A stretch of DNA of 64,000 nt from a virus. The notes beneath the pieces were generated by a model. That model was given only the letters and a program-made list of their open reading frames with translations. It was not told the DNA's origin and made no database searches. The DNA lies in the IMG/VR virus record IMGVR_UViG_3300030419_007306, positions 5,207-69,206 of that record; one strand, 5' to 3'. The first letter of the stretch is position 1. Each line of letters opens with the position of its first letter. Below are positions 7,843-19,800 of this stretch, piece by piece. A program made the translations under genes and the position numbers.

Positions 7843-10800
7843 ATGGCAAAGCCATTTAATTTAACAGCACAATTAAATGTAACTGGACCCGTAGGGCTTA
7901 AGCCTGTAATTAGTTCTATTAAAAAACAGCTTACGGGAATTACTACCAATGTAAATGTTAAGATAGACCCCAAAGCAAGTCGAGGAGTAAAAAATCTCAA
8001 TAGAGATGTTGTTCTATTAAACAAAGCTCTTCGCACTGCCTCTAGTCACGCATCTTCTCTTTCTGCGTCAATGAGTAAATTGGGAAGTTCTCTTAAGACT
8101 GTACAAAGCTCTTCTGCTAAAAGTGCTAAAGGGTTATCCTCCGTTGGCAAGAGCGCACAACAGACCGGAAAAGAACTGGCCGTTGCCAAAACCGAAATGG
8201 AAGAATTCGGTAGAATTTCTGGGCTGGCTCTGAGAAGATATGCTGGCTTTACTGTCGCGACTACTTTGACCTTCGGTTTCGTGCGGGCTGTTAGCACCGC
8301 CGTTGGTGAAGCTCTTAAGTTTGAAAGAGAGCTTATAAAAATAGGTCAGGTGACTGGTAAAACCATGGGTGGTTTGAAAAGTCTTACGGACGAAGTTGGA
8401 AGGCTGGCTACTACATGGGGTGTTGCTTCTAGCGAGCTATTAGAAGTTTCTAGAATTCTTGCCCAAACTGGGTTGAATGCCAAAGAAGTTAAAACCGCAT
8501 TAAGTGCTTTGGCAAAATCCAATCTTGCTCCTACCTTTAAGGATATGAAAAGCACAGCTGAGGGCGCTATTGCTGCCATGTCTCAATTTGGTTTGAGGGC
8601 AAAAGATTTAGATGCAGTACTTGGTTCTTTGAATGCTGTTGCTGGTAAGTTTGCCGTTGAGTCTGGCGATTTGATTTCAGTTATTCGAAGAACCGGTGGT
8701 GTGTTTAAGGCTGCTGCTGGTGATATAGGAGCGCCCAAGCGACAACTAAATGAACTAGCTGCTATTTTTACGTCGGTCAGGTCTACTACTCGTGAGAGCG
8801 CAGAAAGTATTGCTACTGGTCTTAGAACTATTTTTACTCGTATACAAAGACCAAGAAGTATTCAATTTCTGAGAGAGCTTGGGGTAGAGGTGCAAGGACT
8901 TGGCGGCAAGTTTGTTGGTCCTTACGAAGCTTTAAATAGACTTAGCAAAGCCCTTAAAACCTTAGACCCAAGAGACGTTCGATTCGCAAAAATTGTTGAA
9001 GAGCTTGGTGGATTTAGACAGGTAGGTAAATTAATTCCTGCTATTCAACAGTTTGGAAAAGCCCAGCAAGTGTTAAAGGTCGCAATGGCAGGGCAAGATA
9101 GCTTGGCTAAAGATGCAGCAGAAGCTCAAAAATCCTTGTTGGTTCAGGCTACTAAGGTTAGGGAGGAGTTCAATAAGCTTTTTCGCACGGTAGCTCAAAG
9201 CACATCCTTCCGTGTTGTTGCTAAATCTGTTTTGCAGTTATCTAGTTCACTTATAAAATTAGCAGAATCTGTTGCTCCAGTTTTGCCTTTTCTAACTTTA
9301 ATAGGTGGAATAAAAGGAGCTGGTCTGGCAAGACAGTTCGGGTCAGGTTTCTTAGGGGGGATTGGAAAAGCAGGAGGAGCTGGTGCTGTTGGCAAGGGAA
9401 TGGCAGGTGCTGTAACTGGGCAGGCCAGTCAAGCACAAGGAAAAGCTGCCGTTGCAAATCAGGCTCTTGCCAATGCTCAAAAAGCTCAAACTACTGCTAC
9501 TCTGGCAAATACTAAAGCATTGGCTGCTTTATCTGTTGCTGTCAATCGTATGGCCAACCGACCGATGGGACCAATAGGAGGGGGGAGAAGAGGCTTTGCT
9601 GCTGGCGGCTTAGTTCCCGGCCAAGGTAATCGTGATACCGTTCCTGCTAACTTGACTCCTGGCGAATTTGTTATTAGAAAATCGTCTGTAGCCCAACTTG
9701 GAGTAGATAACTTAAGACGTATGAATAAGATGGCGTCTGGTGGTAGGGTATCAAGAGCGAGACGCGGTTATAATATAAGAACGCCCTTTGGTCCCTTAAA
9801 CGCCACAAAAAAAGAGATGGCTAGAGCACTCGGTGTTTCCCCATCGTCCTTGGCGGAAATGAAGTCAGGAAGAGGCCATACTACCTCTGAGATGACTTGG
9901 GAGCAAGCGCAAGCGAAGTATGTGCAACACAAGGCGGACCAAGGAAATGCAGAAGCACTGGCACTCAAGAAAAAGCAGGCAGGAGCAAAAAAACAAGCAG
10001 AAAGAACAGGGGTTTCGAGAGCCATTAATCAGGGTGTTCTTAGAATTGGGCAGGAGGGTGTGCCTCTAGTGGGAATGCTTTCTGTTAGACCCGAAAAGGG
10101 AGCGTCAGACATAAAAAGCAAGACCTATTCGTATAATAATGAAGAGGCAATAATAAGAGTATTGCGGACAGCGAATATGGCGGGCAACGAAGAACAAGTC
10201 AGCAAAATAAGTGCTAAAGGCGGCGTACAAATTCCTATGTCTGTGGGCTATATTGACCCAAAGAAAAGACAGAAGTTCGACACTGTAACTAAGGAAGGAA
10301 TTGCAAGTGCGATAGGTAACGTGATGGATATTTTTAGCGTCAGTAAAGGCTCTAAAACACTGGGCAAATCCGACCGAGGCGTCTCCAGAGCGATGAAACA
10401 AATAGGTATTAAAGATATTCAAGGCAAAACGTTTGAAGCTGCGACTGCTGGATTGACCGGAATTTTTGGCACGGATGATAAGGCTAGATTTGATTTTAAT
10501 ATGACGAGCGCCGTCGACATCCAAAAGGACAGAATGCGAGAGCTGTTTGGAGAGAATACAGCAGTAACTGAACGATTTCTTGATGCGAAGATGACTGCTT
10601 CTAGTACTAATGTAAGTAGTATAAAAGACAAGACTACTTCTGCCAAGGTATTGCCTCATCTTAAAGACCAAATCACGGCCTTTAATAAAGGTGGTTCTGT
10701 TGACTCGGTTCCCGCCCTTCTTACTCCCGGTGAATTTGTCATCAATAAAGGCGCTGCTTCAAAAATAGGTTTAGGAAACCTTGTTAAAATGAATCAGGGA

Positions 10801-13800
10801 CAAATGCCCGCCTTCCATGGTGGCGGCTTTGTGGGCAGAATGAGGGATAGAATAAGCGGATTTGGAGCAGGAATGAAGGAGAGGATGGGGAAAGCAGGAG
10901 CTGGTCAAATTGGAATGGGTATGATGTTTGCGGGACCAATGGCTCAGCAAGCAATAGGAACACGTAGCGCGAGTGCGTCAGGGATTGGAGGTGCCCTTGG
11001 CGGTGCTGCTATGGCGGGCGGTACTGCAGGAATGTTGGGGCTCGGACCCTTGGGCGTTGGCATTGCTGCGGCTACAGGAGCGATTTCGGGGCTCGCGTCT
11101 GGAATAGCCGACTTTACCACAAATCTCAACGCAGATGCTATTAAGTTAGCTTCTGAAAAATTAGAAAAAGCTTTTGACAACTTAAGAAGCGGAGCCAAGG
11201 GAGCAGACGTACAATATGCCCGAGCCTCCAGAGCCGCTGCTAGAGCCGCTCAGGACTCGATGGACCATGCACTGGGACTTGGCCAATTTGCTAAGAGAGT
11301 ACAGGGTCTTGGTATGGTTCTTACTCCTATTCTGGAACTTGGTGGTGGCGGCTTTTCAAACAGGGGTGATATGAGGACGGTGCACGCAGAGATGGGCTTC
11401 TTAGGGGTTATGTCACGACTGGTCAGCAGCCCACAAGAGAACGCTAAACAGGTGGAAAAAGCCTATATGCAAATAGGTAGAAGACAGGCTGAGCAAAATC
11501 AAGCAGCAGGTCAGGTGGCATTAGAAGCGTTTGCAGAACGATTTCAAAAAGCAGACATAAGTACGCTTGGAACAGGAACAGCTAGAACCCGAGCTAATAA
11601 GTTAGCGGAAGATGAGAGAAGTGACCTAATAAATATAGCACATGCGGACGCAGAAGCTTCAGCACGATTAGCACAAATTCATAAAAAGAACATCTCTGAG
11701 GTTGAAAAGAGGGCTAAAATCGAGCAAGTTTATCTTGAAGTTTATCAAAAAACAGTTGCTCCTCTTGAGAAGAGAATCGAGTTAGAAAGAGAGTTGGATG
11801 GCATAGCGAGACGTGCGACAAAAGCATTTGATATGATGAATAATCGCTTTGAAACAAGCGTACAAATGATAAATCGTATTGTTGCGGCCATGGGCAACTG
11901 GGAACAGCGACTCAGTAGTAATGTTCGCGCAGCGCAGGGCGCTCCCACAATATCATCTCCTCAAAATGCTCTAACCAACATAGTACAAAATCCTCGGGCG
12001 TTTTCTCTAAGAGAGTCTAGGAATGCCATGAGGAATATGGATAGGCAGGTTGGCGGCACACCACAATTCAGAGAAGCCGCATTGGTTCGACAGATGGGCA
12101 TGCAATTAGAGAGAAGCTTACCTCGCATCATGAAAATAGCAGAGAGTAGGCCTGTTGGGGAACAAACGGAATTTGTTGAAAAGGCAATTAGAAGAATGGG
12201 GGGAACAGGAGGAGGGACCCAGCAAAAATTCTTTAATAATATGGCCGATGTCCTAGCAAGAGAATTGGCTACTGGAGGAAATCGTCAAGGGAAAATGACT
12301 ATACGGTCTCTGGGAGAGGACCCGAGTCAAATTAAAAAAATACAAGGTGCCGGAGAAGCTTTTGAGAAAGCACAAAAGACTGTTCTCGCCTATGCAAAAG
12401 CACTTGACAAAGCAGCGGCAATAGCAGACAAGCTGGCAAATCAACATGTGCAATTAATGTTGGCAGCCAGAGAAGCACAAAGAGATGTTGCGAGAATAGG
12501 GTTTGAAAGAATCGCAGCCTTTGCACAGGTGGCAGGAAGAGAACTAACGACCAGAGAACAGATGGCTCCCTTTGATGCTGAGATTAGAAGCCTTAGCGGA
12601 AAAGGTGTCTTTGGTACTACTACCACAGACCCTCATCAGCTTGCACAAAGAAGGCAAGCTATGGAAGCAGAGAGAAGGGCAATAGAAGACAGACGGAACG
12701 CAATTCGTCGAGGCGGAGGAGAAGTACCGAAATCTCTTAATAATAGGTACAAGCTGCTTACTGCTTCTATTAGAGAAAACCATATGGCTCTAAAGAAACT
12801 TGCAACAGATACCAGTAGAGTTAGTGCAATCATGAACAAGCTTGCCAAGATTCAAGAAAAGAGAACGAAGTCTCGTGACATCTTGAAAGGCTTGTTGACC
12901 GCTGACCCTGAGCAATTGGCCGAAATGAGAAGGGGGCAGGCGATAGTTGGTGGTGTCATGCGTGGAGGAAATATATCTCAGCTTTCTCCGCAAGACAGAG
13001 CTTTGTTCTTCCAAACCTTACAACAGATGAAAGAGATAGCACAAGTTAGCGGAGATACTAAGCAAGGACAACTGATACTTAGAAAACTCGACAAGCTTGA
13101 AGCTGATGCGATTAGAAGGGCGTTTGGAGGAGCGGCTGGTGGAAGAGGCGGCAATTTCATGATAAGAAACTTGCTAAGATATGCCGGAACCACACGAGGA
13201 GGAACCGATATAGAAAAATCGCTAGGTGGAAAATTATCAAAAGTCTTTGGAGAAAGAAAAGATGCCGCACAAGCACTGGCTGGCTTAGCGGGTGATATTG
13301 CTAGAGAGTTTGGGGACGAGTCGGCTAAACAATATATACTAATGAGACAAGCTTTTATAGCTGGCTTTAAGTCTATAAATAACAATGGTTTCTTTATCAA
13401 AGAAGTCAAGAAACTGCCTACTCCTGTAGCCGTGGTCTTCCCTGCCGCTGGCAGAGGACCTCTTGGTGGCGGAGCAGGCGGTGGTGGCGGATTCGGTGGC
13501 GGTGGTGCAGGCGGTGGCGGCGCAGGCGGCGGTTTTGGTCCTCCTCCTGCACCCTTTGCAGCGGATGCCTTTGCGGACAAAAGATGGGGCCCTTCTGGTC
13601 TAGGTGGTAGATTTGGGAATGAGTGGGCCATGCGAGGCAAGGAGATGCGTACAAGAATGGGAGATGATTGGATAAAAGCCGCTGGGAGACGGGCTGGTTC
13701 TCGTAAGGTAATAGATATATGGAACGATATGCTCAATATGGATTCGCGGAAGAGAATAGCGGAAGCCGTATTGAAAATGGCTAAGGATGAAAAGGCTCCG

Positions 13801-16800
13801 TGGGTGAAGGATACCCGAGAGCGAAAGGATATGATTGCTCGCTATGATGCATTCAAAGATTTTGGTGAACCGCATTGGTTGAAGGCTAATCGTGGCGCTG
13901 TAGTTCCTGGCACTGGAAACAGCGATACTGTTCCTGCTATGTTGACGCCAGGTGAGTTTGTTGTTAATGCCGCTGCCAGTCAAGCTAATCTTGGTTTGCT
14001 TCATGACATTAATACTCATGGTGCAGTTCAGAGATTTAACTCAGGCGGGGAGGTTGCGCCAGGTAGGGTTCAAAGGTTTGCTGGTTTCTTTAGGAATCGA
14101 AGAGTGAAGTCTCGCAAGCCTCGCAGCACCACTGGCTGGAAAATGGGAGAAGGTGTGCCTGACCGCCCCGGTACAAAAACAGCGGCTCAGATTGACCAAG
14201 AAGCCTATGCGGGCCCCAAGAAACCTAAACTTCATGAAGTTGACCCTAAGAAGCCCTTGGCTGTTGACACTACGAGGTCAGAAGCGGAAGTTCAAAGAGC
14301 AGCCTTTGGGTCGGATAAAAAGTCGTTGACAGAACTGGCGAAAGACCAAGGGAAACCAACTGCTCAAGAAGCAAAGTTTGACGAGCTGGCCAAGACGGGA
14401 GAATCGCAGCCCGATGCAAAAATTCGGACAAAAGGGAGACAGGAGATTGGAGGGAAGGGAGATGCGCCGGGGTCAACAAGAGGAGCAGTACAGAGGAGTC
14501 AGAGAGTCATAGCGTCCCAAGCTGAAATGCTAGAGGAAATAAATAGGGCTAAGGTACAGATTGAACAACATAAAAGAGTGGGAGGCAAAAAACGTACTTT
14601 AAAGAATCTACAAACAGAGCTAGCAGCACTAGAAGCAGATTACAATGCTCGCTACGGAAAGGCTACGGTTCCATTGGAACAAGGAACAGCTCCCGCAGGC
14701 ACAGAAGGAAAGGGGGCTTTAACTCCTGAGGAGACGAGGAGTGGCAGAGCGAAGGTTGCGGCTGACGCTGGGGCTACTAAGACGCCCGATGTCACTCGTC
14801 AAAGAATCACGGCTGACCAGCCGAAACCTGCTGCGAAACCTGCTCCTGCTCGGCAAGTGGTGATGCAATTAGAAGATGGTACGACTATAACTAAGCAAGG
14901 AAGTATTGGTCCGAAAGGCTGGCATCCCAAAACCGTTGAAATGTTTCCTGACGAAGTTGCTAGATATAACAAAATCCAAAGGGCATTTCCTGCTCGTTTG
15001 AATTCTGAATGGGCAAAACTATGGTTCGGGCACGTTGGAAATGACGCAGCCAAGTTAGATTGGCTGGGTGCTCAATCAACCCAAGAATGGTTGAGACAAT
15101 CCGAAGTTCAGGCTCGCCTTAAAAGGACCGACCCTCTAGCAGCCCGAGGTCAGGGTAAATCTCCGGCGGCACAACGGGGTCATCATGAAAAGCCGACGAA
15201 AAGACCCCCTAAGTCAGGCCCTCTGGGTGAAAGAGTACGTCCAGGCGACACGTTTCCAGACGAATATAACAGATTTTCCGACGAAACGGCTATAGACAGA
15301 CAGAGAAGACTTAATCAGGCTGAGCTTGACCGTAAGGTTGCAGAAGGAGTAGACAAACAGCAAGCAATAGAGGATGCTAAACATAAATATGGGGTCGCTA
15401 AAAGACAAGCCGATATAGATGAGCTTACGAAGACTGCCGGTAAACGAATGGGCAACAGCGGAGTTTATGACCTAGGAAAACTAGAGATGCCACAACCTGA
15501 TTATCGGGGTTTTGGGGCTAGTAATGATGCTAGGATACGCGGCTACATAGAAAATCTTGATTCAACGCAGTCGATTGAAGCTAGATATAAGCAAGTTACT
15601 GATACACTCTTTGATAAGAGAGCAAGGCTAAGTGACCCCAGTACGAGTCGCCTACCACCGGATGATTTAGTTCGCGCACAGCAGCAGATGGATGACTTAG
15701 TAAAGATGGAAAGACGCCTCTCGGCTAAACTGGACCTTGCTAGGGCGCGGGATAAATTAGTGTCGGCATATGGAGGAGGAACAACACCCCCAAACAAGAC
15801 GACGCGCGCCGTGACCGGAAAGACGCTGAGAAGCCCAGATTCGATGTTGAAGACCCTAAAAGACCTTGAGGGTCAGCGACATGTTCTTGAGTCGGTGGGA
15901 GACCAAAAAGGTGTTGCCGCAATACAAGAGAGGATAAGAGGCGTAGAGAAAAGCCTGAGCAAACATCCGGCTAACTCTGTACTGAGACATGGACAGAAAT
16001 ATGATATGGTTCTTGGTACTGCTGACGACTTAGGTCTACCCGAAACACGCGCGAAGGCCCTGTTCGATAGGGTCGAGGCCAGAGCAAAATTAAATAACTT
16101 GCTTGATAATGAAGTTAAAAAAACAAAAGTTAACCCAAATAAGGTAAGGCGTAAGATTGTAGCAGATGTCAATAGGGGCGTCAGGCCATCGGAAGGACTG
16201 GAATTGGTTAAACAAGAACCATTTAGAACAGGACCCGACCTAGGTAATATGGAAGCTGATTTAGATAGGATAGCAAAGAACACTAAGCCAACAACTGATT
16301 CCGTAGAACAGTACACCAAGAAACTTTTTGCCGAAGCAAGTGACAGTGCAGCAGAAGCGGCCCGTCAAAAAGAATTTGCTGCAATACTTGAAGAAGCAGG
16401 GCCTAGCAAAAGCGTTCATGCAAGGTCGCAGTTGGCAAAGAATCGCATGAACAACGCGTTGGGAGCAGGCGACACCTCCATGAGAGGTAGAGTTTTGGAG
16501 GCGGTGGAGGCTGCTAGGTTTGAAAATGCTAAGGCGTTGGCTGCCAAAAACGATGCTCTTCGAAGAATTACTTCCATAGAAAATAGTGGTGCATATCCAC
16601 GAAGCCATCCGGTTTATCAAGGTCTATTGGAAGAATATAGAGTAGCATCACAAAACCTTGATTCTACCAGAATGCAGCTGACACAAGACCTTAATTATAG
16701 TGGCACAAAGTTTTTTGGACAAGGATATGGAGCAGGGGCAGATTTGTCTACGGGTCTAACTAAAAGAACTAACTGGCTACCAGACCAAAAAGTAACGGAT

Positions 16801-19800
16801 ATTGAAACTGGTTATACAAGAGGAAAGGGTGGGATGAGGCTGGCAGACCAAGGAGCAGGTAGTATGGCCGCTAAGCAGAAAGCGAGAATACGGGCTTCAA
16901 AAGCAGCGGTGAAATCCACCACTAAAGCAGCTTTAGCCAAGAGTCTGCCAGCACTGGCCATCGGAGCGGATTTATGGATGGCTTATGATGCGATAAGGTC
17001 AGGAGACAAAAAATATCAGGCTTATGCTGCGGGTCGTATTACTGCCGACATTGCAACAAGAGGTGTTTATTCTGGTGTGGATTTGACTTCAACTCTTATT
17101 CAGAAGTTGCAGAAAACACTTAGACCTGACTTAGACGACGGTCGTTTCGACCGCCGCGACGAGTATGATAATATTGTTGGAATTTTCCAGAGTTCATGGA
17201 AGGCGTGGAACATTAGTAGAGATGCTAACGATATGGCGCAGTCAAAAAATATAATTGAACTAGCAGCCCAGCAAATAGCCGAGAGTCGCGGTTATAAACC
17301 AGAAAAAACGTCTGCATGGCAAGATAAAGTTAGAGGAACAAATTGGGCAAATATTTTAACAGGAAGAAAACAGGGTACTGGAGGAGATGATGGAAGACGA
17401 GCACACATAGCAGACCTCCAAAGACAAGTCAAAGAGACAAAGGGCCTTGCAACGGGGGAAACGCAGCAAAAAAAGGCTCATATAAATCGTTTAAATGAAA
17501 GAATTAACGCAGCACAGCAGGCAGCGGGCATAGGATTTGATGACCCAAATAAATTCTTCGAACAATATTTAAGAATGAATGTGGGAGGTACTGAATTAGA
17601 AAAGCTTGGCATGAGCTTACCATCCACTTATGGCATGAGGACTGACAAGTTAGCAGAAATTTGGGACCAATCGAATGGCTGGGCAGGAGAATGGGCATAC
17701 AAGAGTGAGGTTTATAAAGCATTACAAAGTCAAGTTAAGGGAATCAACTATGCAGGACCAGACCAGAGCAAGACGGCTCGCAACAGAGCTTTGCTTTTTT
17801 CTGGAATTTCTGGAAGACACGGAACGGGTTACACCAAAACAGACATAGCAAAAATTAACGATAAATTTGATGCAATTTCTGTAAGATGGGGTGCTCAAAA
17901 AAAGGGTCGTGAGTACATTGCTCTCCAAAAAGAAAAATCAAAAGCGAGGCATCAGCAAGAAGTTGATAGAAGAAAGGCTATTGCCGATGAGCATGCGGCG
18001 GATTATGGGTTATTACCAGGCGACCCCAAGGCCGAGGGTATCGACTTGATGGCTCGTGTTAGTCAAGGGCTCTATGATTATGTTAGTAGTGGAGGAAAAG
18101 GTGGCCCACAGGCCCTTTTGCATGGACTGAACCGTCCATTGAAGAGAGACCTCGTTTTAGATTATCGCAGTAGGTATCCTAATGACGATATAAGAGGCCC
18201 AGAAAGAGCCATTCATCCATTCCAAGATTTTTATGGTCCAGAAGGACTATTTCCTTTTCCTCTTCAAGAGTTCGCCTATGGAGAGGGTATTACGAAGGAG
18301 ATGCAAGAACTTCTTGGTCCTTATTATGCCGGTGCCGGTAAATTGACATTTGCTCCACAGGAGGCTGATTTTGGAGGTGATATAAGACACAAAGAGGATA
18401 GAGAGGCTGTTAGCAAGGAAATGTTTGGGTCGATGTTGCGAACAGCAGACAAAAGGATGGGAACGGCCTATGTAGAAAAAGCCAGAGCAGCTTCCGGAGC
18501 GAAGGCTCTTTTTGCTGCTTTGGAATCTGCCTTAGGACTTGACCGGAAGGCTGGACTGGACGCACAACGGAGTGAATTTCATTCAGAGGAAGGTCAACAT
18601 GAGTTCAAGACTGGAATGAAAGCTCTTGCAAGCAAATTTGGTTTGTGGGGAAGCGCTGGAACAATGGAGGCTCTTGGTACAGATATAATACCGGTTGGGA
18701 GATGGGCCTATGGATTCCCAAATTTTGATAAAGACATACACGCTGGACAGCATCTTGGCGACGAAAATTTGAAGAAAGTGCTACTGGGCAACTTCCCAGG
18801 TCGTATCGATGTGGGGAGCTACAAAGAGACGCTTCTTTCCATTATAAAAAATATGAACAAACCAACATGGGCTGACAAGGTAAAAATTGGATTTCCTCCC
18901 CTGTCAGAAGTACAGGCGATGATGGCTCAAGGAGACAAAAATTATCAAGACGATAGCTCCTTTGGTTATAAACCGTCTCAGTTTGGTCATAGGTCTTGGA
19001 GTGCTTTGGGTATAAGTGCGTGGACTGACCCGGTCGGCTATCATGGTAGCTTTAGCCAGGATATATCAAAGTTTGCAGAGGACTATGATGGCAAGAAAGC
19101 TGTAAAGAAAAATGCTGGAGGAAGAATTCCCGGCACTGGTACTAGTGATACTGTTCCCGCTATGTTAACTCCGGGCGAGTTTGTCGTAAACGCAGCAGCT
19201 AGTCAAGCAAACCTAGGACTTCTTCAGAGTATTAATACTCATGGTGCTACTCAGAGATTTGCAATGGGAGGTCAGGCTGCCTATAAAGTAAACGGACTGT
19301 GGGTGGCTCCAATAGGTAGTAAACTAACGCCTGCTCAGATTAAAGAGAATAGATTCAATAGGGGTAGAGGCAGAAGACCAAAAACTGAAAAGGAGAAAAG
19401 GGCTCTTCGAGAAGAATTAGAAGAACGACAGGAGAGAATAAGGGACAGGAGACAGCGCGCCGAGAGAGGCATAACAGGGGCAAGTCTTATAGACATTCGT
19501 GCCAGCCAAAGAACGCCCGCGGAGAGAAGAAGAAGAACAGCACTAGAAAGAGCAAGGCGTAAACAAAATGAAAGAATCGCGGACAGAAACTTGGCGGCGG
19601 ATGATGCAGCCGCAAAAAGAAAGAAAGAGTTTGAAACTCCCGCAGCAGGAGAGGTTATAAGCGCAGACTTGATGCTCCGAGCACAACAATTGCTTGGATA
19701 TCTTCAAGACACACCTATTCCAAAACAAATTTCTCTTGGTGATGTTGCGGGCACGACAGCTCAGCAAGTCCAAAAACTTCAAGAACATAACTTTTTGTCG

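Noticed and set aside
12978-13736. 252-aa Pro-rich antisense ORF and other short antisense ORFs in the track
   Set aside because: Shadow ORFs of long real genes; the Pro run mirrors the TMP Gly linker.
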